From positions 224,001 to 288,000 of the forward strand of contig JAXGMI010000002.1 of NCBI GenBank assembly GCA_040768745.1: a stretch of 64,000 nucleotides of DNA. Reading direction: 5' to 3'. This document shows positions 8,919 through 19,191 of the stretch, piece after piece. Each line of letters opens with the position of its first letter. Within the stretch, counting starts at the first letter, position 1. The position numbers and the translations under genes are program-made. Below the pieces are notes generated by a model that saw only the letters and a list, made by a program, of their open reading frames with translations, ran no database searches and was not told the origin of the DNA. The DNA is from Desulfomicrobium sp. (lineage in GTDB: Bacteria > Desulfobacterota > Desulfovibrionia > Desulfovibrionales > Desulfomicrobiaceae).

Positions 8919-11000
8919 ATGGCGCATTTTGTTCTTGAAGTCGGTGTCGAAGAGATGCCGGCCCGTTTTCTGTCCAGCCTGGATCAGGAACTGCATGACC
9001 TTTTCACGCTCCAACTCCGCGAGGCGGGCCTTGGTGTTGCGACAATCGGCACTGCCTCCACTCCCAGGCGCCTGGTCGTGGACATCGCTGGCGTGGCTCC
9101 CCTGCAGCGCACCGAGGAGATCGTTGTCTCTGGCCCGCCGGCCCGCATTGCCATGGATGCCAGCGGGCAGCCAACCAAGGCCGGCCTCGGGTTTGCCAAG
9201 TCCCAGAACGTGACATTCGACCAAATTTATGTCGAATCCACGGAAAAAGGTGACTATCTGGCCTTGAAAAAGGTTGTTGGCGGGAGGCCCGCCGCTGAGA
9301 TCCTGGCTGAAGTGTGCGCCAGAGTCCTTCCGAGTCTGACATTTCCCAAGAAAATGCAATGGATAGGTAAAGATTGCACCTTTGGGCGGCCAGTTCGCTG
9401 GATCATGGCCATGCTCGACGACCATGTCGTGCCTTTCTCTTTTGCCGGACTGACCTCGGCAAACAAAACGCGGGGGCACCGGGTAATGGGCCCTGGGCCT
9501 TTCACGGTTCCCCATGCCGACAGGTATGCGGCAATCCTTTCCGAGCAGGGCTATGTCACTCTGGACAGAACGCTTCGCAAGGCTGTCATTCAGACCGGGG
9601 GAGATCGTCTGGCCGCTGAGGCGGGCGGACGGGTGGAATGGTCCCCCCTGCTGCTGGATCAGGTGGCCGACCTCGTGGAGACCCCCCGACCCATCCTGGG
9701 CAGATTCCATGAAAAATTTCTGGACCTGCCGGCCGAGGTGTTGCTGACCAGCATGGAAACGCATCAGAAGAGCTTCGGCCTGCGCGGTCCGGACGGAAGA
9801 CTTCTGCCCTGTTTCCTGACTGCGGCCAATATCGAATCCCGTGAACCTGGCCTGGTCCGAAAAGGCTGGGAACGTGTGCTGCGGGCCCGTCTGGAGGACG
9901 CCCGTTTTTTTTGGGAGGCCGATTGCGCCGCGACGTTCCAAGGCTGGCTGGACAAACTGGACAAAGTCGTCTTCATCGGACCCTTGGGCACCATGGGCGA
10001 GAAAACCAGACGGCTGGAAAAGCTGGCTGCATCCCTGGCCTCCAGGATCGAGCCGCAACTGGCCGGGGACATGGCCCGCGCCGGACGTTTGTCCAAGGCC
10101 GACCTTGTCTCGGAAATGGTTTACGAGTTCGACGACCTCCAAGGCAAGATGGGCGGGATTTACGCCCGCCGCAAAGGTGAGAGCGAAACTGTGGCCCAGG
10201 CACTGTCCGAGCAGTACCTGCCCGCCGGGCAGGACTCCCCATTGCCCTTGAGTGTGGCCGGGGCCATTCTGTCCCTGGCGGATAAGCTCGACAACCTGAC
10301 GGGCTGCTTCGGGCTGGGCATGATCCCCACGGGAGCGGCCGACCCCTATGCCTTGCGCCGCAGCGCCCTGGGTGTGATCCGCATTCTCCTGGAACTGGGG
10401 CGTTCTATGGATCTGCAGGTACTTCTGGCGGAAGCCCAGGCCGGGTACACCGGCGTGGCCTGGAAAATATCTCCGACCGAATCCGTGGACAAACTCATGG
10501 ATTTTTTTGGCCAGCGACTGCGGGCCTATTGGGCCGGGCAAGGCATTGAAACTCTGGTCCTGGACGCGGCCATGGCAGCGGGATTTGCTGACATCGTCGA
10601 CACCTGGCGTCGGGTCCAGGCCTTGGCCCATTTCAGCAGGGAAGCAGACTTCGAGGCCTCGGTGTTGACCTTCAAGCGGGCGGCGAACATTATCCGCAAG
10701 CAGGCCGAGCAGGAACTTTCCGGCTTGGTACGCGAGGATCTTTTTGAAGCGGAGCAAGAAAATGCGTTCTGGCAGACCCTGATCAGGGTGGAGCCAGTCT
10801 GGGCAAAACAGGCCCTTGAGGGGAAGTATGCGGACATGTTGGCGCAATTACGTGAACTCCGGCCAGTAGTGGACGCTTTTTTCGACAGGGTCATGGTCAT
10901 GTGCGACGATCCGGCCCTGCGAACCAACCGTCTGAATCTGCTTTTTCGCCTCGTTTCTGCCCTGGGGGGCGTGGCGGATTTCGGAAAGTTCCAAGTTTGA
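8919..11000 (+). CDS. glyS: Glycine-tRNA ligase beta subunit
   Basis: LEVGVEEMPA, TPRRL, DPYALRR, FFDRVMVM, NRLNLL; ATG 8919 follows GGGAG. Confidence 0.97.
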   Translation: MAHFVLEVGVEEMPARFLSSLDQELHDLFTLQLREAGLGVATIGTASTPRRLVVDIAGVAPLQRTEEIVVSGPPARIAMDASGQPTKAGLGFAKSQNVTFDQIYVESTEKGDYLALKKVVGGRPAAEILAEVCARVLPSLTFPKKMQWIGKDCTFGRPVRWIMAMLDDHVVPFSFAGLTSANKTRGHRVMGPGPFTVPHADRYAAILSEQGYVTLDRTLRKAVIQTGGDRLAAEAGGRVEWSPLLLDQVADLVETPRPILGRFHEKFLDLPAEVLLTSMETHQKSFGLRGPDGRLLPCFLTAANIESREPGLVRKGWERVLRARLEDARFFWEADCAATFQGWLDKLDKVVFIGPLGTMGEKTRRLEKLAASLASRIEPQLAGDMARAGRLSKADLVSEMVYEFDDLQGKMGGIYARRKGESETVAQALSEQYLPAGQDSPLPLSVAGAILSLADKLDNLTGCFGLGMIPTGAADPYALRRSALGVIRILLELGRSMDLQVLLAEAQAGYTGVAWKISPTESVDKLMDFFGQRLRAYWAGQGIETLVLDAAMAAGFADIVDTWRRVQALAHFSREADFEASVLTFKRAANIIRKQAEQELSGLVREDLFEAEQENAFWQTLIRVEPVWAKQALEGKYADMLAQLRELRPVVDAFFDRVMVMCDDPALRTNRLNLLFRLVSALGGVADFGKFQV

Positions 11001-11094
11001 ACTTGACAGCTTTTCCCGGCTTCGGATAGTGGCACCGGATTGCAGAGACATCCACTACTGACTGACACACGCGTAGAATAAAGGAGAAATACCC

Positions 11095-11355
11095 TTGGCC
11101 AATCACAAGTCTGCCCTGAAGAGACACCGTCAGAGCCTGAAGGCCCGCGAACGGAACAGAATGATGAAAACCCGGGTGAAGAATGCCATGAAGGCTGTGC
11201 GCCTTGCCGTGGAGTCCAATGACGCCGACGCTGCGGCCAAGGCCTTGCAGGACGCCACTTCCGTTTTGGACAAGGCCGCCGGCAAGAAGGTCATTCACTG
11301 GCGTACTGCGGCCAGAAAAATTTCGCGTCTCAGTTTGGCTGCGAACAAGATCTAG
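11095..11355 (+). CDS. rpsT: 30S ribosomal protein S20
   Basis: [10 protein letters not shown]...[16 protein letters not shown] start with AAGGAG RBS. Confidence 0.98.
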   Translation: MANHKSALKRHRQSLKARERNRMMKTRVKNAMKAVRLAVESNDADAAAKALQDATSVLDKAAGKKVIHWRTAARKISRLSLAANKI

Positions 11356-11379
11356 TCATCACGCACCCGCTTCAGTCAC

Positions 11380-11420
11380 AAGGCCCGTCATGATGCTGCA
11401 TGATGGGTCTTTTGTTTTTT
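11380..11420 (+). terminator. rpsT intrinsic terminator
   Basis: AGGCCCGTCATG-loop-CATGATGGGTCT followed by a T run. Confidence 0.75.
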
Positions 11421-11597
11421 GGCGATCCGCTCCATGCGTCTGACCCGAAATTTTGGCTTGGGCATTTTCTGCATTGTCGCCCCGGTGGGTTGGCGCCGCT
11501 GATTGACAAGCGAGGGGACGCCCGGGTATCGATTATCGGTCAGATGGGTTCTCCACAATTTCGGGAACATCAACACATCAGCTTGGCGGAGGTCTCC

Positions 11598-12734
11598 ATG
11601 AAAGCGGCGAGATGGATCGTTGTCCTTTTGCTTTATCTCTTGTGCAGCGCCTCGGCTCTGGCGGAGAGCATCAAGATCGGGGCTGTTCTCTCCGTGACTG
11701 GTCCTGCCTCATTCCTGGGCGAGCCGGAAAAGAACACCCTCCTCATGCTCCGGGATCAGGTCAACAGCAAGGGCGGCATCAACGGCCAGCAGGTCGAGGT
11801 CATCGTCTATGACGACGAGTCCGACGTGAACAAATGTGTGATGGCCGCCAAGAAACTCCTGGATCAGGACCGTGTGTCCGTGGTTGTCGGACCGAGTATT
11901 TCGGGCAACACCCTGGCTATCGCCAAGTTTTTCTCCTCTGCCCAGGTTCCTCTGATTTCCTGTGCCGCTGCGGAAAAAATTGTTCGTCCTGTGGACCCCT
12001 GGATTTTCAATACACCACAGCTGGACCGCCATGCTGTGACCAAGATTCTGCTGGACGCCCAGTCCAGGAAGTACTCCAAACTGGCCATCCTGACCGTTTC
12101 CGACGGCTATGGACAGGCGGGCCGTGGCGTCCTGAAGGAACTGATCCCAGCTCAGGGTTTTGCCCTGGTGGCCGACGAGAGCTTTGGACCCAAGGATACG
12201 GACATGACCGCCCAGCTGACCAAAATCAAAGGCACGTCTCCGGATGCCATCATTTGTTGGGGCACCAACCCCGGACCAGCCGTAGTGGCCCGCAATCGGA
12301 CCCAACTGGGTTTAACCACACCGCTGTACATGAGCCATGGCGTGGCTTCAAACAAGTTCATCGAGCTCGCCGGGGAAGCCGCAGAAGGATTGATTTTGCC
12401 TGCCGGGCGATTGGTGGCCGTGGAGCAAGTGCCGGCTGGCCACCCGCAGAAGAGGGTCCTGGAAGAATACGTGGCCAACTATACGAAAACCTACAACACT
12501 CCGGTTTCGTCCTTTGGTGGATACGCTCACGATGCATTTGCGCTGGTCAGGGAGGCCATAATCAAGGGTGGTTCCGCCAAACCGTCCGACATCCGCAACA
12601 ACCTGGAGAAGATTTCCTCCTTTGCAGGCACTTCCGGGGTGTACAGCTATTCGTCCGACAACCATAACGGCCTGGATGAGAATGCCTTCATCATGGTCAC
12701 CATTGAAAAGGGCGCCTGGAAGGTCATGCAATAA
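11598..12734 (+). CDS. Liv-type ABC transporter substrate-binding protein
   Basis: GGAGG RBS, signal peptide, IKIGAVLSVTGPASFLG, GGINGQQVEVIVYDDES. Confidence 0.92.
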   Translation: MKAARWIVVLLLYLLCSASALAESIKIGAVLSVTGPASFLGEPEKNTLLMLRDQVNSKGGINGQQVEVIVYDDESDVNKCVMAAKKLLDQDRVSVVVGPSISGNTLAIAKFFSSAQVPLISCAAAEKIVRPVDPWIFNTPQLDRHAVTKILLDAQSRKYSKLAILTVSDGYGQAGRGVLKELIPAQGFALVADESFGPKDTDMTAQLTKIKGTSPDAIICWGTNPGPAVVARNRTQLGLTTPLYMSHGVASNKFIELAGEAAEGLILPAGRLVAVEQVPAGHPQKRVLEEYVANYTKTYNTPVSSFGGYAHDAFALVREAIIKGGSAKPSDIRNNLEKISSFAGTSGVYSYSSDNHNGLDENAFIMVTIEKGAWKVMQ

Positions 12735-12746
12735 ACGCTTCAGCCC

Positions 12747-12781
12747 AAGCCGGCGTCCCTTCGGGGCGCCGGCTTTTTTTT
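12747..12781 (+). terminator. Intra-operon stem-loop/terminator after the binding-protein gene
   Basis: AAGCCGGCGTCCC-ttc-GGGGCGCCGGCTT followed by a T run. Confidence 0.75.
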
Positions 12782-12789
12782 CTGCGCAC

Positions 12790-13671
12790 ATGGATTCTTC
12801 AAGCCTGCTTCAATACCTGATCACTGGCCTGACCTTGGGCAGCACCTATGGGCTGACCGCGCTGGGCTTCACGATCATTTTCAACACCACAGGGGTGATC
12901 AATTTCGCCCAGGGCGAGTTTGTCATGCTCGGTGGGATGATGAGCGTTTTTCTGGTCAGGGTTCTGGGGGTCACTGTCCCTCTGGCGGTTCCCCTGGCCG
13001 CTCTGGGGACAATGCTGACCGGTGCTCTGGTTGAGCGGCTGGCCATACGTCCCGTGCGTGGCTGCCCGTCTATCAATCTCGTCATCATCACCATTGGCGT
13101 GTCCATCCTCATCCGAGGTCTGGCCATGCTCTTCTGGGGCAAGGATACCCATGTGCTGGAGCCCTTCTCAGGTGACCAACCCGTAATGGTCCTGGGTGCC
13201 GCCATCATGCCCCAGGCCTTCTGGGTCCTGGCCATCAGCGTGATTCTGCTGACCGGGCTCAAGCTGTTCTTTTCCCTCACCACCCAAGGCAAGGCTATGT
13301 TGGCGTGTTCCTTCGATCCCAAGGCGGCGTCCTTGGTTGGCATCGGCGTTCAGCGCATGGTGATGCTGTCTTTCATGATTTCGGCTCTCATCGGGGCAGT
13401 GGGGGGCATCATTCTGACCCCCATCACCATGACCTCCTACGACAAGGGGATCATGCTGGGTCTCAAGGGTTTTGCGGCCTGCATCCTGGGGGGGTTGGGC
13501 AACCCTTTCGGCGCCGCTGCCGGTGGGCTCATCCTCGGGGTGCTGGAGTCCCTGGGGGCAGGGTTTGTGTCTTCTGCCTACAAGGACGCACTGGCCTTCA
13601 TCGTTTTGCTGATCCTCCTTTTCGTGAAACCGTCGGGCCTCTTCGGTCAGAAAGATGCAAAACGGGTATAA
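12790..13671 (+). CDS. livH: Branched-chain amino acid ABC permease (LivH-like)
   Basis: ALGFTIIF..TGVINFAQGEFVMLG, KGFAACILGGLGN. Confidence 0.9.
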   Translation: MDSSSLLQYLITGLTLGSTYGLTALGFTIIFNTTGVINFAQGEFVMLGGMMSVFLVRVLGVTVPLAVPLAALGTMLTGALVERLAIRPVRGCPSINLVIITIGVSILIRGLAMLFWGKDTHVLEPFSGDQPVMVLGAAIMPQAFWVLAISVILLTGLKLFFSLTTQGKAMLACSFDPKAASLVGIGVQRMVMLSFMISALIGAVGGIILTPITMTSYDKGIMLGLKGFAACILGGLGNPFGAAAGGLILGVLESLGAGFVSSAYKDALAFIVLLILLFVKPSGLFGQKDAKRV

Positions 13672-13672
13672 C

Positions 13673-14618
13673 GTGGCATATCGCAGAGATATGTTCTGGC
13701 TGGCCGGATTTTTCACCCTTCTCATGCTGGCCCCGTTCTGCATGCCGAACAATTATTATTTGACCATCCTCATCCTGTGCGGGCTGCACGCCATGCATGC
13801 CGTTGGCCTCTGCCTGCTGGTCGGCCACGCGGGGCAGATCTCTCTCGGGCATGCTGGATTCTATGGTCTGGCAGCCTACACCAGTGCCTACCTGAGCACC
13901 ACACTGGGTCTTGCCGTGGGTCTGTCCATGGTGGCGGGAGTGGTCCTGACCGTCCTGATCAGCCTGCTGGTTGGCCTTCCTTCACTGAAGCTCAAGGGGC
14001 ACTACCTGGCCATGGCCACGCTGGGGTTCGGTATCATCCTGTCCATCCTGTTCACCGAGACCGTGGACATCACAGGGGGGCCGTCGGGGTTTGTGGGTAT
14101 CCCCCGGCTGTCCATCCTGGGCCAGGAATTGACCACGGACATCGCCGTGTACAGGGCTGTGGCCGTAGTGTTGTGCCTGATGGTCTGGCTGTCTTTTAAC
14201 GTGCTGCATTCACGGATTGGCCGGGCCCTGCGCGCCCTGCACACTTCGGAAAAGGCGGCCCAGGCCATGGGCGTGGACATCGCCCGCTTCAAACTGTTCG
14301 TTTTTGTCCTTTCCGCCGCATTCTCTTCCATATCAGGGGTTCTGTACGCCCATTATTTGACCTTCATCGCTCCGGTGTCCTTCGGATTCATGTTTTCGGT
14401 AGAACTCATTGTCATGGTTGTTTTGGGTGGAATGGTCAGTGTCCCCGGGAGCATCGTGGGTGCGTTTTTTGTCACGATCCTGCCGGAATTCCTGCGCGCT
14501 TTCGAAAACGTCGAAGTCGTTCTTTTCGGCGCTATTTTGATTTTGTGTATGATGTTTCTGCCCGATGGTCTGGCCGGTGGGTGGAATCGTCTGTGGAGCA
14601 GGTTCCGAAGGGCAGTCC

Positions 14619-14626
<8 letters not shown>
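13673..14626 (+). CDS. livM: Branched-chain amino acid ABC permease (LivM-like)
   Basis: GHAGQISLGHAGFYG, LKGHYLAMATLGFG, ITGGPSG; start could be 13655. Confidence 0.9.
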
Positions 14627-15389
<763 letters not shown>

Positions 15390-15390
15390 C

Positions 15391-16131
15391 ATGCAGCCGA
15401 CGCTCCTGGCCCTCAAGAACGTGGATGTCTTCTACGGTCGCATTCACGCCGTCCGCCGGGCGACACTGCACGTACGCCAGGGCGAGATCGTGGCCCTCAT
15501 CGGTGGCAACGGCGCGGGCAAGACCACCATGCTGTGCACGGTTTCAGGGTTGATCAGGCCGGGTCAGGGCAGCATCATGCTGGGTGACCAGGATATCGTA
15601 TCCCGCACGCCCGAGCAGATAGTGCGTGCCGGCATCTCGCATGTGCCCGAGGGCCGTCTCGTGTTCAGCCCCCTGTCGGTGGAGGACAACCTGCGTCTTG
15701 GCGCCTACACGCGTCCCCGGTTTCGGCAACGTGAGGGTATTGCCACGGACCTGGAGGCCATGTTTGATATGTTTCCGGTCCTGCGGGAGCGTCGCGCCCA
15801 GCCCGCCGGGACATTGTCCGGTGGGGAGCAGCAGATGCTGGCCATTGGCCGGGCACTCATGGCCAGGCCCCGGCTTCTCCTCCTGGACGAGCCGGGCATG
15901 GGTCTGGCCCCGATGGTAGTCAAGGATATTTTTCGTCATATCGTGAACCTGCGGGATCGGCTTGGCCTGACAGTGCTCCTGGTGGAACAGAACGCCCGCA
16001 GCGCCCTGAAAATTGCCGACCGGGGCTATGTTCTGGAGAACGGGCGGGTCATCTTGCAGGGCACTGCTGCGGAGCTCCTGGCCAATCGGGACGTGCAGCG
16101 GGCGTACCTGGGCCGCGAACTGGACGAGTAG
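15391..16131 (+). CDS. livF: ABC ATP-binding protein (LivF-like)
   Basis: GGNGAGKTT, VPEGR, LSGGEQQMLAIGRAL, VEQNA. Confidence 0.92.
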   Translation: MQPTLLALKNVDVFYGRIHAVRRATLHVRQGEIVALIGGNGAGKTTMLCTVSGLIRPGQGSIMLGDQDIVSRTPEQIVRAGISHVPEGRLVFSPLSVEDNLRLGAYTRPRFRQREGIATDLEAMFDMFPVLRERRAQPAGTLSGGEQQMLAIGRALMARPRLLLLDEPGMGLAPMVVKDIFRHIVNLRDRLGLTVLLVEQNARSALKIADRGYVLENGRVILQGTAAELLANRDVQRAYLGRELDE

Positions 16132-16141
16132 GAGGGAGAGT

Positions 16142-17428
16142 ATGTTCTGGCAGGGCGAATATGAATGCATGGACCGTGGCGAGTTGGAGCTGCTTCAACT
16201 GGAGAGGCTGCAGGCGACTCTGAACCGCGTGGCCCGCAATGTGCCACTGTACCGCAAGCGTTTTGCCGAGCTGGGCATTGACCCTTACGACGTGCAGTCC
16301 CTGGAGGACGTCAAGTCCCTGCCATTCACCACCAAGGAAGACTTGCGGCAGCATTATCCCTACGGCCTTTTCGCCGTGCCCCTGAGGGATGTCGTACGCA
16401 TGCAAACCTCAACGGGCACAACAGGCAAGCCGACAGTGGTCGGCTACACCTCCGGAGACGTCCGCCGATGGTCCGAGTTGGCCGCGCGGATCCTGACCGC
16501 CGGTGGCATAACCAAGGATGACGCCGTGCAGATCGCGTACAACTACGGCTTGTTCACGGGTGCGTTCGGAATCCACTCAGGGGCCGAACTGATCGGTGCG
16601 TCGGTCATTCCCAGTTCCAGTGGCGACGCCCGGCGCCAGATCTCCATCATGCAGGACTACCGGACCACGGCGCTGGTCTGCACGCCGAGCTATGCCCTGC
16701 ATCTGGCCGATACCTTGGAGGAGATGAACATCAACAAGACCGCGTTGAGCCTGCGGTTCGGTCTCTTCGGCTCCGAACCATGGACCGAGGAGACTCGTCT
16801 GGAGATCGAAACCCGGCTCGGCATACAGGCCACAGACAATTATGGTTTGAGTGAGATCACGGCCGTGGCAGGGGAATGTCTGGAACGTACCGGCCTGCAC
16901 ATCAACGAGGACCATTTTCTGCCCGAAATAGTGAATCCGCTGACAGGGGAAGTACTGCCTCCGGGGCAGAAAGGTGAACTCGTCTTGACCACGCTGACCA
17001 AGGAGGCCTTTCCCCTGGTCCGTTTCCGCACCGGGGACCTGACAGCCCTCATCGAAACGCCGTGCACCTGTGGGCGGACCCTGCGGCGCATGACCCGCAT
17101 CCCTGGGCGCAGCGACGACATGCTTATCATTCGTGGATCCAACGTCTTTCCTGCCCAGATCGAAGGGGTCATTGCCACAACCGGCATCCACAATCCGCAC
17201 TACCAGATTGTGTTGGATCGGGTTGGACACATGGACAGGGCCACCATCATGCTCGAAGCCCCGGAGTCCTTCTGCACCGACTCCATCAAGGAGTCTCAGC
17301 GAATTCTGGAAAACGTGCGTATCCGGTTGCATACGGAATTGGGAGTGGCCTTTGAAGTCCGGTTGGTTGAGCCCAAGACCATAACGTATGAAGCCCAGGG
17401 CAGGATCATAGACCGGCGCAAGATGTAA
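16142..17428 (+). CDS. paaK: Phenylacetate-CoA ligase family protein
   Basis: LPFTTKEDLR..YPYGLFAVP, TSTGTTGKP, DNYGLSE, RTGD, GRSDDMLIIRG. Confidence 0.9.
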   Translation: MFWQGEYECMDRGELELLQLERLQATLNRVARNVPLYRKRFAELGIDPYDVQSLEDVKSLPFTTKEDLRQHYPYGLFAVPLRDVVRMQTSTGTTGKPTVVGYTSGDVRRWSELAARILTAGGITKDDAVQIAYNYGLFTGAFGIHSGAELIGASVIPSSSGDARRQISIMQDYRTTALVCTPSYALHLADTLEEMNINKTALSLRFGLFGSEPWTEETRLEIETRLGIQATDNYGLSEITAVAGECLERTGLHINEDHFLPEIVNPLTGEVLPPGQKGELVLTTLTKEAFPLVRFRTGDLTALIETPCTCGRTLRRMTRIPGRSDDMLIIRGSNVFPAQIEGVIATTGIHNPHYQIVLDRVGHMDRATIMLEAPESFCTDSIKESQRILENVRIRLHTELGVAFEVRLVEPKTITYEAQGRIIDRRKM

Positions 17429-17453
17429 GGAGCACTTCAGGTCTGTTCCCTGG

Positions 17454-17486
17454 AGCGCCTCCACCCGGAATCCGGATGGGGGCGCT
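17454..17486. terminator. Hairpin between convergent genes
   Basis: AGCGCCTCCA-c-CCGG-aat-CCGG-a-TGGGGGCGCT inverted repeat. Confidence 0.5.
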
Positions 17487-17508
17487 GGTCAGGAAAAACG
17501 GACAGGCA

Positions 17509-17682
17509 TCACCATCTGCGGTTCAGATAGCGGATGACACAATAGGACAGGACTGCGATAACCACGGTCATGCCGCCCAGGAGCCCGAATATGTTGGTGG
17601 ACTTGCCCAAAAGCCTGAGTCCGCCCATAGTCAGCACCCCGATCACTCCGCCAATCCACAACAGCACGTTCCGGTTATTCAT
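17509..17682 (-). CDS. Small two-TM membrane protein (57 aa), absent from the ORF track
   Basis: MNNRNVLLWIGGVIGVLTMGGLRLLGKSTNIFGLLGGMTVVIAVLSYCVIRYLNRRW; GGAG/GAGG upstream. Confidence 0.7.
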   Translation of the reverse strand: MNNRNVLLWIGGVIGVLTMGGLRLLGKSTNIFGLLGGMTVVIAVLSYCVIRYLNRRW

Positions 17683-17724
17683 CCCTCTGCTCCACGAGTG
17701 AACCAGACATGTTCCTCGGCCCCC

Positions 17725-19035
17725 CTAGTTGCGTTCAAAATCGCGGGTCACATACTCCTCCTTGACCCAACCCTGAATTTCTGAATCCGGAAGGGAAACA
17801 TAGAGCCATCCCGGAGCAATACCCAACACGTCGAGTATGGTAAATTCCTCCACCTGGGCAATGATCTCTTCGTTTTCATCGGGTCCATAATAGACGTCGA
17901 GCAAGGGGATGACCACCTCGACCTGACCTGGGTAATCTTGAGAAGCAGCGCGCACAGGCTCCACCACTTCGTAGCCCATGGGTACCCGGCGGTAATAGAC
18001 GTCCCCGTAGACATAGTAGGTTACGCCGGCCGATACGAATATCCAGCTACCCAGGGGGATGTTCACCACGACGAGTCCCAGAGGAGGGCGCACCAGGATG
18101 AAACCCGAAGACCAGGGGCGGTAGAACCTGCCCATGTGGTAGTGGTAGTGGGCATGGCCGTGCATAATGACCGCGTGCCGGGGAGGGAGTGTATGGACCA
18201 CGTATTTGAATTCAGGTTGGCGGCCTTGCTCATGACGTCCTCGCTGGTCGATTTGCTGACGGTCATCAGGGGAAGTCCGGTATTTCGCATTGTCCCGGTG
18301 GTCCTGATTGAATCGGTCATCGCCCTGGAGTCGGTCATGGCCATCCCTGTCGCGTGATGGGCTGGGTCTGGCTCCACGGTTCATGGTGTCGCCGTTTGGG
18401 CTTCGAGGGGAATCCTGTCGCATTTCGCGAACGGGTTGTGTCTTTCTTTCTGCAGGGTTGAGTTGCATCATTTCTGCCGGAGGCGTGACAGAAGGGCCGG
18501 ACGAGGGTCTGGAGTCCAGGCGGTCCTGGCGGACCCCTTCCTGTCTGGGTCGGATGTTTCCGGAGCCCTGGCCCCTGTTTTGTTCAGGCTTGGGGGTCGA
18601 TCTCTGCGCAGGATTGAGTTGCATCACTTCTGCCGGAGGCGTGACAGAAGGGCCGGACGAGGGTCTGGAGTCCAGGCGGTCCTGCCGGTTTTCCCCGCGC
18701 TCTTGACGATGTTGACGGGACTCCCCCAACACGGATCGACCCATTTCCGGTCGAGGGGATCTGGATTGCCGTGTTTCAGCCTTTGGCAATCCGGAATAAG
18801 GAGATGAAGATTCTGATTTCTGCTGCGCAAAGGACTCGGGTCCGCGATCAGGGCGACCACCAGGGCGAATCGTCATTGCCCCGCTGTTGGGATCGCTGAT
18901 GCGTTCGATGTGACGGTGTCCTGTTTGTTTTTCTGGAGATGGAGGGGTCTCCTTCCCTCTGAGCTGCCCTGCCTGGACTGACGGGCCAAGCAGGGTAACA
19001 AGCAGTACCATTATGGCGGATCTGAAGATGATCAT
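17725..19035 (-). CDS. Exported protein: disordered repeat region, DUF6515-like Tyr/Pro-rich domain and C-terminal SH3-like domain
   Basis: GGAGG RBS, signal peptide, YHYHMGRFY..VRPPLG..YYVYGDVYY..YEVV, C-terminal GWLYV...GWVKEEY. Confidence 0.75.
   Translation of the reverse strand: MIIFRSAIMVLLVTLLGPSVQAGQLRGKETPPSPEKQTGHRHIERISDPNSGAMTIRPGGRPDRGPESFAQQKSESSSPYSGLPKAETRQSRSPRPEMGRSVLGESRQHRQERGENRQDRLDSRPSSGPSVTPPAEVMQLNPAQRSTPKPEQNRGQGSGNIRPRQEGVRQDRLDSRPSSGPSVTPPAEMMQLNPAERKTQPVREMRQDSPRSPNGDTMNRGARPSPSRDRDGHDRLQGDDRFNQDHRDNAKYRTSPDDRQQIDQRGRHEQGRQPEFKYVVHTLPPRHAVIMHGHAHYHYHMGRFYRPWSSGFILVRPPLGLVVVNIPLGSWIFVSAGVTYYVYGDVYYRRVPMGYEVVEPVRAASQDYPGQVEVVIPLLDVYYGPDENEEIIAQVEEFTILDVLGIAPGWLYVSLPDSEIQGWVKEEYVTRDFERN
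18452..18688. repeat. Two ~81-bp direct repeats (18452-18532 and 18608-18688)
   Basis: Near-identical DNA encoding RQDRLDSRPSSGPSVTPPAE(V/M)MQLNPA twice, offset 156 bp. Confidence 0.95.
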
Positions 19036-19067
19036 GGCATCCTCCTGGATGTGTCCCTTCCGGTGTC

Positions 19068-19082
19068 GCAAAGCCTGTGCCA
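19068..19082 (-). promoter_or_regulatory. sigma54 (-24/-12) promoter
   Basis: Minus strand TGGCAC-AGGCT-TTGC matches TGGCAC-N5-TTGC, about 33 bp upstream of ATG 19035. Confidence 0.85.
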
Positions 19083-19191
19083 AATGTTGAGCAGCACAAT
19101 GTCCGGTTTCTGCAGGTGCTTGGCCATTTCCGGGGCTGCCTGGACAGTCTTTCTCTGCAGGGCCGTGCAGTCTTTGCACAGCGGGATCGTA

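Noticed and set aside
11030..11044. TGGCAC-CGGA-TTGC upstream of rpsT as a sigma54 promoter
   Set aside because: The spacer is 4 nt rather than the strict 5 nt; a TTGACA sigma70-like -35 at 11003 is the simpler explanation
18452..18688. Direct repeats as a CRISPR array
   Set aside because: Only two 81-bp units, in frame within a CDS, and no cas genes
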